Positions 36,312 to 45,950 of a stretch of DNA of 64,000 nt are shown in pieces. The stretch is from positions 54,245 to 118,244 of IMG/VR virus record IMGVR_UViG_3300047313_000057. One strand, 5' to 3'. A model generated the notes under the pieces. That model saw only the letters and a program-made list of their open reading frames with translations. It ran no database searches and was not told the DNA's origin. The stretch's first letter is position 1; each line of letters opens with the position of its first letter. The stretch comes from a virus. Its lineage: Duplodnaviria > Caudoviricetes. A program made the position numbers and the translations under genes.

Positions 36312-36758
36312 CTATTCTCCCGGATGCTTGCGGTAGTGCAGCTCCTTGCGCTTGTCGGTCTCGTCCTCCAGCGCCTTGGCGTTCTCTTCGGCGATGTACT
36401 TTTCCGCCTCCTGCTGGGTGTTGAACTTCTTGACCTTGTCGGCCGGCCCCTTTTCGGGATCGTTGCCGGCGTCGGAATCGACGACATGCCACGGCTGGGA
36501 CTCGACGGCGACGTAGCGCAGCTCGAAGCGGGAGCCGTCGCGGGCCTGGTCGTAGCCGCGCACGTACTCGGGCGACATGCCGCTCGCGTGCTCGCCCATG
36601 GCATGCGGCGGGCGGCCGGTGCCCTGCGTGCCGGAGAACGGCGCCGCCTTGGCATCGAGGCGGTGGCCCTTCTCGGTCGCGTTTTCATCGCGGGCGACGC
36701 GGCGGAAGTCACGGCTGCCGGCCGTGCCGCTCGATCTGCCGCCCCATCTGCCGGTCAT
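36312..36758 (-). CDS. hypothetical head-module protein
   Basis: AGGA RBS; operon position. Confidence 0.55.
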   Translation of the reverse strand: MTGRWGGRSSGTAGSRDFRRVARDENATEKGHRLDAKAAPFSGTQGTGRPPHAMGEHASGMSPEYVRGYDQARDGSRFELRYVAVESQPWHVVDSDAGNDPEKGPADKVKKFNTQQEAEKYIAEENAKALEDETDKRKELHYRKHPGE

Positions 36759-36770
36759 TCGTCTGTCGTC

Positions 36771-36959
36771 CTACAACAACTGGGCCAGCGGCTGCGTCGC
36801 AATCCACGCTGCGGCAAGTTGCAGATCGACCACCGTCTGCGTCGTGACCGTGGTGTTCTGCATCAAGGCGGCGAGGGTGATCGACTGACCGGCTTGGTAG
36901 ACCTGCTGCTTCGCCTGGAACATCGCGCAGACCTGCTGCGGATTGGGAACTGTGGCCAT
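36771..36959 (-). CDS. small Gln/Thr-rich protein
   Basis: AGGAGG RBS. Confidence 0.6.
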   Translation of the reverse strand: MATVPNPQQVCAMFQAKQQVYQAGQSITLAALMQNTTVTTQTVVDLQLAAAWIATQPLAQLL

Positions 36960-36968
36960 GGTTGCCTC

Positions 36969-37181
36969 CTAGAACAGCATCTCATAGAGCTGCTGGTACT
37001 GCGCGTTCGTCAGCCCGGCGCCGCCGGTCTGGATGTTGCCGCTGGTGTCGGTCGTCAGCGCCGGGACGTCAACCGCCTGCAGATACGTCAAGAGCTGGTT
37101 GAGGCCCATCGTGGTGCCGCCGATGCCCTGCGTATTGACGCGGTTCTGCACCGCGGTGATGACGCTTGCCGTGAAGGCCAT
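36969..37181 (-). CDS. small Gln/Thr-rich protein
   Basis: AAGGAG RBS. Confidence 0.6.
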   Translation of the reverse strand: MAFTASVITAVQNRVNTQGIGGTTMGLNQLLTYLQAVDVPALTTDTSGNIQTGGAGLTNAQYQQLYEMLF

Positions 37182-37186
37182 GGTGA

Positions 37187-37489
37187 TTACTCCTTGTGAA
37201 CCGTCTCAGACGAAGGGGAGGTCTCTTCGCCGGGCGTGCCGCCGTAGTTCTGTGCCGCGGCGACCTCGGGGCTGTGATCCTCAGCGTCGTCCTCTTCGTC
37301 TTCATCATCGAAGAGGCCCTCGTCGCCTTCCTCTTCCCCGTCAGGATCACGCGTCGACAGCCACGCCGTTTCACCGTCATCGTAGATGATCTTGATCAGA
37401 TCGGCGTCGTCCTTCTCCGCTGGCTCAAAGTCCTCGGTAAGATACGCCACGGTCGCCTCGCGGCCATCGATGGTCTGGCGTTCGATCAT
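37187..37489 (-). CDS. small acidic protein coupled to the portal-peptidase (possible inhibitor/partner)
   Basis: ATGA overlap with the portal stop; MIERQTIDGREATVAYL...IKIIYDDG + acidic tail. Confidence 0.65.
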   Translation of the reverse strand: MIERQTIDGREATVAYLTEDFEPAEKDDADLIKIIYDDGETAWLSTRDPDGEEEGDEGLFDDEDEEDDAEDHSPEVAAAQNYGGTPGEETSPSSETVHKE

Positions 37490-40400
37490 GGTGCGCCCAA
37501 CGATGAAAAGTTGCCGTGCTTGCCCCAATGCTTATCGTATAACTTTTCCACGGCCTTGAACAGATCTTCCCACGCCTTGTGGCTCTGCTTCTCTTCCTTG
37601 CCTCCGATTTCGGTCGAGATGCCTTTCGTCTTGCGCAATTCCTGATAAGCTTGATACCTGTTGCCGTACGGCGTCGGCAGCTTGCCGTCCCGATCCAGCA
37701 AATAGCTCATCTCGGCCAGCGTCTCGTTGACGGCCGTATCGAAGCTGCACTCGCCCTTGTGATAGGCATGCCAGTATTCGCGGCTGTAGGCGCTCACCCC
37801 ATCGGTCAGTGAGAACAACTGGTGACGCTTGCTGCGGAACACCTCGTGCATCTTCTGATAAATTTCATACTCCTTCTTGAGTTCTTTATTCTCCAGAACT
37901 CTGGTTGAAAGAGACCCGTCCGGCCTTAGCCACGGGTTGGGACGCACAATGCGGGTAGTGAATTGCTTGACGCCGCCGGGTCCCTCGCTCTCCTCAACGA
38001 CGGTCCCTTCCTCCTTCGCCAAGCGATTCAGCGTCTGCGAATTTATTGAATAATTCCTCTCCACGAAATTCCACTTATCGTGCATCACCTCGTGGGCCAG
38101 GACGCCGCGCACCGTCGCGACGGACGCGGTCTTCTCGTAGATCTTTATCTCCCCCGTAGAGTTATTGTAAGTGCCGGCGGCAAAACATGTGCGTCCATTC
38201 AACTCGAACGGCCATATTTCATCAACAACACGGATCCTGTCCAGATTCTTAAACCCGCGATTTCGTCCGACCTCGCGCGCAGCCTTCTTGATCTCCGCAG
38301 CATATTCGGTAGTGCTGGCCGCCTCTGTATGCGCTTCGCCGTACGACGACCCAAGCTTATGCAGCCGCTGCCTGAAATCCCTGGCCTTCAGATAATCGCC
38401 GTTCTTCTCCGCCTTCTTCAGCGCGGCCACGTACGAATCAGCCAGCTTCTCCTTCAGCTCCAGTTTCTTGTCCTTGTCGGACTCAGCGCGGATCGCCTTG
38501 CGGATCTCTGTTCGCTCGCGCTCGGTTCCAGGCCGCGGCCCTGAAGGCACAGACTTCTTTTCCGCGCCACCGCCCCCGCCGGGCGACTTGGCAAACTGCC
38601 CCTTGTTGCCCGGTTGCCCTCGCGGGTGCTTCGCCGGGTCCCAGTCGTCTTCGGCCCCGTCATCCTCCGCGAGCGCTTGATCGAACACCGCGTCCGCGAT
38701 CAGCCCCGCCTTGCGCGCCGCAATCCGCATCTTGAGATAATTGCGGTTGGCCTCCGATCGTTGGGCGGCGCGCTCATGGAACGGACCCTGCCCGTCCTTC
38801 CACGCCTGCTGCCGTGCATCGGCACGTTCATAGACCGGACGATCGCGCAGGAGATGCCCCAGCTTGCGGGCAGCGACGCGTTCACGGAACGGGGACAGGC
38901 CGACGACATTCTTCTGGACCGCGGCAAGGTGCCGTTCTCCAGGTTCCGCTTCTTCCTCCCAGGTGACCTGATCGGGGAATTCGTCTTCTTCTTCGCCGGA
39001 AGCACCGCCGTGCCCGCCGGGCTTGGGCAGCTTGGTTGCGCCAGCCCCTTCCGGATCAAGACCCGCCTCCTCTTCGGCCCGCAGGTCCGGCATATCCTCG
39101 ACGTCGATCGAGGCGTAGCGGCTGTCGGGATCGGCCGCCAGCGTCTTCCTCACCTCGTACTGCGACAGCACTCCGCCGTCGATGTACGCCATGTCGGTCT
39201 GCGCCTTTTTCTGCATGAGGTCGGCGCGCTGCTGTTCATCCATCTCGCGCAGCGGCTCGAACTCGAACACGATGGTGTCGTCGATGTCGCCGAAGAGATG
39301 CAGCTGGACGAAGTCCATGACCGTGGTCAGCGGCGCCCGCATCCGCTTTTCCTGCTGGGCGAGAATCCAGTCATAGAACATGCGGATGCCGCCCTCGTCC
39401 GAGGCGTTCAGTCCGGTCGGCTGGATACCCAGGAGCTTGACGATGGGGATACTGGCGACGCTCGCCATCTGCTCCTGGCTCTGCGCCTGCAGTTCGTGCA
39501 GGCCGGCGGTCGGCGCCGAGACGTTGGCGAAGTCCTCGCTCTCCTTGTCGAGCGCCATCAGTCCGCGGTTGTCGCGGAGATCGTTGAACATGGCGATCCG
39601 GCGGAACAGCTGGTCGCCGGCATCGGTGAGCGAGGTGCCGAGATTGGTCTTGAGGACGAACACGGTGAAGGAATGCAGGAGGTCGGAGACGCTCTGGCGG
39701 GTGCGGATCCAGTTGTCGACATAGGGCCGGGCCATCTGCGTCATCGACAGACCGCCGAACGAATAGGCGGGTTTCAAGAGGTCCGGCACCTCGCGGCCGA
39801 CGAACTTCAGCAGACGAGTATGATGGACCTGCTTTCCCAGGACAAACCACGTCTGCGGCTGATACCAGTCGTCGCGCAAGGGATCGATGGCGGTGTAGTC
39901 GATCGGATAGACCCATACCGGCTCGACGGCGCGCAATGCCTTGAGATGGCCCTTGCCGAACTTGGCGCGGCTGACCTCGTTCCTTCCATCGCCGAGCGAT
40001 GTCTTGAGTTCGTCGCGGTTCTCGGTCGCCCCGGTGTCGATGTAGAGGTGGCTGCGGCCGAACCATTCGTCCAACTCGATGCACTTGCGGAACACGTCGC
40101 GGGCCCGCAGCCGCTCCAGCTCGGCCATGATCTCGCCGATGCGCTGCTCACGGCCGCCGTCCTCGTTGCTGGTGGACGAGATGTGGATCCACTTGCGGGT
40201 CATCTCCGTCGCAAGGATCTCGCCGAACTTGCGGAACTCGGGCCGCTGCGCCTGGCCGGCCAGATTCGCATAGCCGGGGAAGACCAGCCCTTCCTCGAAG
40301 ATGCCGCCGATGAACGGCGCCGCCCACGAGGTCTCCGCGTTGCCCCAGTTGACGTCCCAGTTGGTCTGGCCCCAGCTCATGCCCTGGTCCAAGGCCATGT

Positions 40401-40593
40401 GCAGGGACTTGTCGGCCGGCATCGCATTGGGCGGGAATTGCGGCAGGCGGAACGGATTGGGCGGCTTCTTGCGCCCCGCCCGGGCGCGCGCCGCCGCCAT
40501 GTCGGAGACGACGATGGGCGGGGGCTTGGGAGACGGCTTGCGGGAAACGGGCCGGGGCTTCGCAGCGGCCTTTGCGCGCTTTCTGATGGGCAT
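37486..40593 (-). CDS. DUF1073 portal protein with C-terminal KHPR motif and HExxH metallopeptidase extension
   Basis: FPGYANL..AQRPE...EMTRKW...PDLLKPAYSFGGLS...LLGIQPTGLNASDEG; VLAHEVMH, GVSAYS..YW, NETLAE. Confidence 0.85.
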   Translation of the reverse strand: MPIRKRAKAAAKPRPVSRKPSPKPPPIVVSDMAAARARAGRKKPPNPFRLPQFPPNAMPADKSLHMALDQGMSWGQTNWDVNWGNAETSWAAPFIGGIFEEGLVFPGYANLAGQAQRPEFRKFGEILATEMTRKWIHISSTSNEDGGREQRIGEIMAELERLRARDVFRKCIELDEWFGRSHLYIDTGATENRDELKTSLGDGRNEVSRAKFGKGHLKALRAVEPVWVYPIDYTAIDPLRDDWYQPQTWFVLGKQVHHTRLLKFVGREVPDLLKPAYSFGGLSMTQMARPYVDNWIRTRQSVSDLLHSFTVFVLKTNLGTSLTDAGDQLFRRIAMFNDLRDNRGLMALDKESEDFANVSAPTAGLHELQAQSQEQMASVASIPIVKLLGIQPTGLNASDEGGIRMFYDWILAQQEKRMRAPLTTVMDFVQLHLFGDIDDTIVFEFEPLREMDEQQRADLMQKKAQTDMAYIDGGVLSQYEVRKTLAADPDSRYASIDVEDMPDLRAEEEAGLDPEGAGATKLPKPGGHGGASGEEEDEFPDQVTWEEEAEPGERHLAAVQKNVVGLSPFRERVAARKLGHLLRDRPVYERADARQQAWKDGQGPFHERAAQRSEANRNYLKMRIAARKAGLIADAVFDQALAEDDGAEDDWDPAKHPRGQPGNKGQFAKSPGGGGGAEKKSVPSGPRPGTERERTEIRKAIRAESDKDKKLELKEKLADSYVAALKKAEKNGDYLKARDFRQRLHKLGSSYGEAHTEAASTTEYAAEIKKAAREVGRNRGFKNLDRIRVVDEIWPFELNGRTCFAAGTYNNSTGEIKIYEKTASVATVRGVLAHEVMHDKWNFVERNYSINSQTLNRLAKEEGTVVEESEGPGGVKQFTTRIVRPNPWLRPDGSLSTRVLENKELKKEYEIYQKMHEVFRSKRHQLFSLTDGVSAYSREYWHAYHKGECSFDTAVNETLAEMSYLLDRDGKLPTPYGNRYQAYQELRKTKGISTEIGGKEEKQSHKAWEDLFKAVEKLYDKHWGKHGNFSSLGAP

Positions 40594-40607
40594 CTAGGCG
40601 GATTGGC

Positions 40608-40850
40608 TCACGACACGAACGTGCACGGCTCGACCCGGGAAACATCGACGTCGGCGCCGCCTCCCGCAGAGAGCCACTGGCTCGCCGCCGCCATCGACGG
40701 GAAGGCGCGCTGGAACGCCCCGCCGGTCGAGATCAGGGTGCCGATCAGCAGCACGCCCGCGGTCTCGGCAATCATCTTCTTCTGTGTGTGGCCGGCGACC
40801 GTGGAGATGGTCGTCTGCACGGCGCCGACGGTCTTGATGGTTGCAGACAT
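40608..40850 (-). CDS. hypothetical protein
   Basis: fills the TerL-portal gap. Confidence 0.5.
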   Translation of the reverse strand: MSATIKTVGAVQTTISTVAGHTQKKMIAETAGVLLIGTLISTGGAFQRAFPSMAAASQWLSAGGGADVDVSRVEPCTFVS

Positions 40851-40877
40851 GGCTTAGAATCCCATTGATATCCGCAT

Positions 40878-42707
40878 TCACCCGATGCGTTCCGCGGCTG
40901 CCGGCGGCGGCCGGGTCAGCCGCAACGGCACGTCCCGCTGCCCGGGCGGCGGCGCAGGCGCATCGCGCGGCGGCAGCGGATAGTCCTTGTGCCGGCGCAC
41001 CGCGTCCGCCGTGTGCGGCTCCTTCGCGCGTTCCAGCACGGCATCCGGAATGTCGAACCCGCCGGCCGGGACCGGCCAGAAGCACATCACCACGGCATCG
41101 GCCAAGTTCGGCGACTTGGTGCCGTCCGGCTTCTTGTCGATCAGGAGCTTCATCCGCGAATTGTGATCCTTGGTCGGCTGAGACAGTTCCTTGACGAGCT
41201 TCCACACCAGCGGCAGGTCGGACGGCAGGCTGATGAGGTCGTCCTCGTCGAAGGTGAAGCTGTCATCGCCCTTGGCCTTGGCCTGCACGGCGCAATGGGT
41301 GGCATAGACCCGGCGGCGCAGCTCCCACCATGCCTGGGCCTTGAGGTTGGCGTAGAAGTCCTCGTTCTTCGGCGATTCCCGGTCATCGGGGATGACCCGG
41401 CGCTCCGGGTAAAGCGGCGTCGCGCCGGCGTTCCACGGCACCAGCCTGAGCCCGCGCGGGCGCAACCCTTCGTCGCCGAGCCGGTTCCACTCGCTCTTGA
41501 CGTTGGTCCCCATGCCGACGGCGTCATACTGCATGGCCACCGGGCAGATGTCGCGGCAGGCATCGATCGCCTTGCGGGCCGTCACGCCGGGATCACGGGC
41601 GCCCCATTCTTCGAGATAGCGGAGGATGATGCCCTTGCGCTTCGCCAGCGCGTTGGTGTCGCCGCCCTCGTCGGCGATGTCGAGCGCCGCGCACCAGCGG
41701 CCGTCGCCTTTGAGGCCGAGCACGACATGGGCGTCGATGCAGGAGCGCACCCACTCCGCCGGGATGACGACGCCCTCGACCGCCGCGGAGTAGTCGCGGT
41801 CGATCTCCTGGGCGAAGATATGGGAGAGACCCTGTGCCTCGTAGTTGAGGCGCATCTCCTCGTGCCATGCCTCGGACTTGGCGGGATGATGCCGCCAGTC
41901 CAGCACGAGCACATTGGTGCGGCCGGATGTCACCGGCTCGCCCGGCACCCACTCGATGCCGGCCTCGCGCTTGCGGTGAAATACGTTGCCGAGGCCGTGC
42001 ACGGACGAAATGTCGATCTGGGTGCGGGCGGTGGTGGCGAGCGCCGCCTCGATCAGTTCGGCATGGACGTAATGCGCGGACTCGTCCTTGAAGGTGATCA
42101 GCGTGCGCCCGCCGCGGCCGATGTTGTCGCCGGCGTCGCCGGTGATCGTCGCCCCGGTCTCAGGGTTCACGATGCGCATGTGCATCATGTGGTCCTTGAG
42201 ACCGAAACCCCGGGGCAGCAGTTCGCGCGGCAGGTGCCGCAGCACGATCCTGATCTTTTCCAGAACCGACTTCGGGTTGCCGAGCTCGTCGACAAGGTCG
42301 GCGTCCTGCGATCCCCAGCCGATGCTGGCGCCGGGCCAGAACAGCCACAGGTGCACCGAGATGATGGCGCAGACCCACGTCGCGCCCATGTCCCTGCATT
42401 TCTCGACGAGGCCGTTCTGGCCGCCGTCGAGGCAGGCATAAATGAACGCGAATAGCTCGCGCTGCCGCACGAACGGTGTGAACGGCAGCAGGGTGGGCAA
42501 ATCCGTGCCGGCGTTGCGCGGCTCGTAGATCATCGCCCAATGAGCGGCGAACTCGACCGGCCGGGTGCGGTAGTATTCGCGGGCGCCGAGCCAGATTTCC
42601 GGGTAGGTGCGCGCCTTGTGGCGCAGCTTTGCCAGCCGTTCCTGTCGCTCGATCAGGACTTCGCCGACGTCACGCGGCGGCCATGGCTCCGGGGTTCGTT
42701 CCAGCAC
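40878..42707 (-). CDS. terL: terminase large subunit
   Basis: VEKCRDMGATW Walker A, TFKDE Walker B, LDIADEGGD nuclease motif, SPNLADA. Confidence 0.9.
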   Translation of the reverse strand: MLERTPEPWPPRDVGEVLIERQERLAKLRHKARTYPEIWLGAREYYRTRPVEFAAHWAMIYEPRNAGTDLPTLLPFTPFVRQRELFAFIYACLDGGQNGLVEKCRDMGATWVCAIISVHLWLFWPGASIGWGSQDADLVDELGNPKSVLEKIRIVLRHLPRELLPRGFGLKDHMMHMRIVNPETGATITGDAGDNIGRGGRTLITFKDESAHYVHAELIEAALATTARTQIDISSVHGLGNVFHRKREAGIEWVPGEPVTSGRTNVLVLDWRHHPAKSEAWHEEMRLNYEAQGLSHIFAQEIDRDYSAAVEGVVIPAEWVRSCIDAHVVLGLKGDGRWCAALDIADEGGDTNALAKRKGIILRYLEEWGARDPGVTARKAIDACRDICPVAMQYDAVGMGTNVKSEWNRLGDEGLRPRGLRLVPWNAGATPLYPERRVIPDDRESPKNEDFYANLKAQAWWELRRRVYATHCAVQAKAKGDDSFTFDEDDLISLPSDLPLVWKLVKELSQPTKDHNSRMKLLIDKKPDGTKSPNLADAVVMCFWPVPAGGFDIPDAVLERAKEPHTADAVRRHKDYPLPPRDAPAPPPGQRDVPLRLTRPPPAAAERIG

Positions 42708-43337
42708 TCACGGTTGTTCGGTTGGTTCGGGAGACGCGGAAGGCTCTTCTTCTGGGTCGCTGCCGGGTTCGGCGGCGACCATCTGCGCATAGGCAGCGAC
42801 GGCATCGGCGAGCGGCATCTGGGCGTTGATGACGCCGATCGGCGCGCCGTCCTTGCCGGTTACCTCGTGGCGCTGCCGCCAAGTCTTCGAGCGGCGATTG
42901 CACAGCCAGAAGATCGCCGCGGCGGTCTCCGGCGGCAGATGTTCCATGTACTCCGCATAGATGGGCGCGCCGTCATTGGCGAAGATCTTCACCGCCTTGT
43001 AGTCGTAGCCGACCGCCCGTCGATACAGGCTCTCCTCGACGCGATCGTCGGCCGCCTCCTTGCCGACCTTGCAAGCCGCGTTGAACTCGGGATGCTCGCC
43101 CCGCCAGTTGAAGATCGTCGAGCGGGCGACGCCGAAGGCTTCCGCGATGTCGGCGTCGGTCGCCCCGAGTTCACAGAGCTTCTTGGCGACGGCGCAGTAA
43201 TCGTCCTGGTAGAGCGTAGGCTGGCCTGGGCCGCGCGGATCTCCAGCAAGCTCTTCGGTTTCGGCCGCTTCCGCCTCGGCGCTCTCCTTGGCGCTTTTCT
43301 TCGGCTTCGGCTTGCGCTTGCGCGCCGTCGTTTTCAC
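42708..43337 (-). CDS. terS: terminase small subunit
   Basis: PTLY...LGATDADIAEAFGVARSTIFNW...VEESLYRRAVGY...AAIFWLCNR; EVTGKDGAPI. Confidence 0.85.
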   Translation of the reverse strand: MKTTARKRKPKPKKSAKESAEAEAAETEELAGDPRGPGQPTLYQDDYCAVAKKLCELGATDADIAEAFGVARSTIFNWRGEHPEFNAACKVGKEAADDRVEESLYRRAVGYDYKAVKIFANDGAPIYAEYMEHLPPETAAAIFWLCNRRSKTWRQRHEVTGKDGAPIGVINAQMPLADAVAAYAQMVAAEPGSDPEEEPSASPEPTEQP

Positions 43338-43346
43338 GTGAAACCT

Positions 43347-44102
43347 TCAGGAAGCCGCCGCCCCGACCACGTCGATCTGCCAGAAGTCATCGGCCAGATT
43401 GCCGTCGGTCGCATAGGCATAGGGCATCAGGAAGTACCCGCCATTGCCCCAGGAAGGCCCCCACGAATTGCGCACGATGAGCGCTTGGCTGTCGTCGTCA
43501 TAGCCCACGGCCAGCACGGCATGGCCGCCCAGAACCGTTTCGTCCGGGGCCGGCATCGGCATGACGCCCGATTGCGCGACGGCGCCGGATTCGAAGCTCG
43601 CATAGACGGTGAACCCGAACACCACGGGAACGCCGCTGGCGAGGCAGTCGCGCAACCCATCGAGGGTCTGATCGACACGGGCATAGCGGGTGACGAGATC
43701 GGTCGCGGCGTCCGCGTAGCAGGCATCCGACGGCTTTAGCGTGAACCGGGTGATGTCGTAAGGCCAGTCCGTTTCACTGCACGCCCCGAACTTCGCCACC
43801 GTCTTGATACCATCGCGGATTTCCGCCCCGGCATCGTCGGGCACGGTGCCCTCGATATCGCGCTCGTTGTAGTAGATGAACAGGCGAGACGGCACGAAGT
43901 CGGGGAGGTTCTGGCTCTTGCGGGCATACTCGATCGCCGCAGCGATGGCGTTGCCGGTGCACGATCCGAGTTCGCCCTGGTCGTACACGGCGGGCATCTG
44001 CGGGGTGAGGTCGACGCGGGGCGGCAGTTCGATGCGGGCGAGCGCACGGCGATAGTCGCGGCGGTCGGGAAGGTCCGGCCGCCAGCCGTAGGAACGGATC
44101 AT
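43347..44102 (-). CDS. papain-family (C1A) cysteine peptidase
   Basis: DQGELGSCTGN, GGHAVLAVGY, RNSWG catalytic motifs. Confidence 0.9.
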   Translation of the reverse strand: MIRSYGWRPDLPDRRDYRRALARIELPPRVDLTPQMPAVYDQGELGSCTGNAIAAAIEYARKSQNLPDFVPSRLFIYYNERDIEGTVPDDAGAEIRDGIKTVAKFGACSETDWPYDITRFTLKPSDACYADAATDLVTRYARVDQTLDGLRDCLASGVPVVFGFTVYASFESGAVAQSGVMPMPAPDETVLGGHAVLAVGYDDDSQALIVRNSWGPSWGNGGYFLMPYAYATDGNLADDFWQIDVVGAAAS

Positions 44103-44185
44103 GGGTTACCTGTCGCGAGCCGAATGTTGTAAGATTCTTCGTTTTGCCCTATAAAATCAGGCGGGCCACCCTGAAGGGAGTTGAA

Positions 44186-44614
44186 ATGAAAATTTGGTTT
44201 GCCGCCCTGTTGGTCGCCTCCCCAGCCTTCGCTGGTGAATCTGGTTCTGCGAACCAAATTGACGGTGCGGTGAAGTTTGTTCACCCCACCGGAGACCCGT
44301 GCCATTTCAACTACGGGTGCTCCCTTGTGGAACCCCAGGCCGAAGGCCGCGTCACGACCGAGCAACGGGAGAGCGAGCAAGACCTCCAGCATTGTGCACG
44401 ACAACAAGATAGGTCTTGGCTTTGTCATGGCGCTTTGCCGCGCCATGATCTACAAGACGCCGTGCCACCGAAGGGCTTCTACGATCTGGACAAAGTCCTG
44501 GCAGAAGAAGAACAAAAATGTGCACTGCAGCCCGACAAGACGACGTGGCGCTGTTCTGGCGTTTCGCCCATGGGCGAAGTGCTGGTTACGGCACCGCCGC
44601 AGCCTAAGCGTTAA
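44186..44614 (+). CDS. secreted Cys-containing hypothetical protein
   Basis: signal peptide MKIWFAALLVASPAFA; GGAG RBS. Confidence 0.6.
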   Translation: MKIWFAALLVASPAFAGESGSANQIDGAVKFVHPTGDPCHFNYGCSLVEPQAEGRVTTEQRESEQDLQHCARQQDRSWLCHGALPRHDLQDAVPPKGFYDLDKVLAEEEQKCALQPDKTTWRCSGVSPMGEVLVTAPPQPKR

Positions 44615-44877
44615 AGACGCGCCTCGATACGGCTCAACTCGACCGCAATGCGATCTATCAGCTGAAAGGCTGAGTTTATGTTGGCACGAACACTGCTGAC
44701 GGGCGCGGGCGCTTTCGCGGCGCTCGCGTCGCGAGGTTCCGGACCGTGCAGCAAATCGCTGACCTTCGCCAGCCTCGCGAGGACTTCGGACAGGTTCTCA
44801 CAGAGACGCTCCGTGTCCGCGGCCATTGACGTGTTAGCCGATGGCGTTTGTGAACCACTCTGCGCATAGGGCATCAT
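44611..44877 (-). CDS. coiled-coil hypothetical protein
   Basis: AAGGA RBS. Confidence 0.5.
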   Translation of the reverse strand: MMPYAQSGSQTPSANTSMAADTERLCENLSEVLARLAKVSDLLHGPEPRDASAAKAPAPVSSVRANINSAFQLIDRIAVELSRIEARL

Positions 44878-45004
44878 GCAACGTATTTCCTTCGATTCGA
44901 TGTTTGGTGGAGATGGCCTGCGGCTGCCCGGCCTAGCCGCCATCTCCCGCTGACCGTTTCCGGCCGCCGGGCTCCCTCGCAGCCGGTTTGACCGGCCTCT
45001 CAGA

Positions 45005-45805
45005 TCAGAATGCCGGCAAACTGATATTGAACCCGGCCATCAGCCGTTGCTCGTCCTTCGCGGCGGTAGTGTTCGCAAACAGCGGGACGCTCTGGCGCGG
45101 TGTGAAGGTCTGGTTGAACCAGACGTAATCGTACTCGACCCGCACGGCGACATTGGGGGAGACCGCGAACCGCGCCTGTACGCCGCTCAGGAGGCCGTTC
45201 TTCCATTGGCTGCCGCACAGCGACGCCCCGGTGTTGACGTCAAGCGCACACAGATCGACATTGCGCTGCGCTGCACCGATGACGCCGAGCAGCATCATGT
45301 TCTGGTTGAACGAGGCCGGAACCGTGATCGGCACGGGCCAGTTAGCCGGCTGGGCGCTGCCGGGGACATAGCCGAGAATCTGCGAAAGCGTGATGCCGGC
45401 CAGCGCCTTTTCGGCGAAGAACCACGAATTCTTGGCGCTGCCAAGACAGGGGGTGACGACGACGCAATCGACGCTCGCCCGGGTAAAATCATAGTTGGCT
45501 TCCGCCTCAAGACCGACGGAGAGCGGGCCGATCGAATTGAGCACGCCAAAACCGCCGCCCGCCATGAAGCCGGCCGGCCACAGCTTGGGCGACCCGGCGG
45601 CGACGCCAGGAAATGCGATATCGTTCTGCACGTTGGTAAAGCCCGCCCCGGCATGGACGAAGACATAGAAGGGGATCGGCACTGTGACCGGGGCCGCCTT
45701 GACCGGGATGGCTTGGTGCGGCGGCAGATCGGCGGCGCCGGCAAGGCCCGGCAGCGCCAGCAGCAATGCCGCGGCGAGAACAGTGCGGCCTTTGGCTTTG
45801 AACAC
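45005..45805 (-). CDS. outer-membrane beta-barrel protein (Omp25/RopB-like)
   Basis: signal peptide + AADLP...KAAP, VGLEAE.NY, VRVEYDY, terminal Phe. Confidence 0.75.
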   Translation of the reverse strand: MFKAKGRTVLAAALLLALPGLAGAADLPPHQAIPVKAAPVTVPIPFYVFVHAGAGFTNVQNDIAFPGVAAGSPKLWPAGFMAGGGFGVLNSIGPLSVGLEAEANYDFTRASVDCVVVTPCLGSAKNSWFFAEKALAGITLSQILGYVPGSAQPANWPVPITVPASFNQNMMLLGVIGAAQRNVDLCALDVNTGASLCGSQWKNGLLSGVQARFAVSPNVAVRVEYDYVWFNQTFTPRQSVPLFANTTAAKDEQRLMAGFNISLPAF

Positions 45806-45950
45806 TGGATTGCTTTGGTTACAAGGATGCGGGGAGATTGTACCCAAGAGGATTACCTCCGTGTTGAGCGCCGCAAGGGCGCGGGAACGGTGTGGCCTCA
45901 GCGGAAAAGGGATGGTATGGCTGCCGCATTCAGACAGCAGGAATGGTCCA

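Noticed and set aside
39000-40593. Anti-CBASS Acb1 label sometimes attached to DUF1073 proteins
   Set aside because: No paired HxT phosphodiesterase motifs were seen; position after TerL indicates a portal.
38614-40857. Long + strand ORFs (e.g. 747 aa here, 576 aa at 27694, 488 aa at 40989)
   Set aside because: They are antisense shadows of GC-rich minus-strand genes, with no recognisable motifs.
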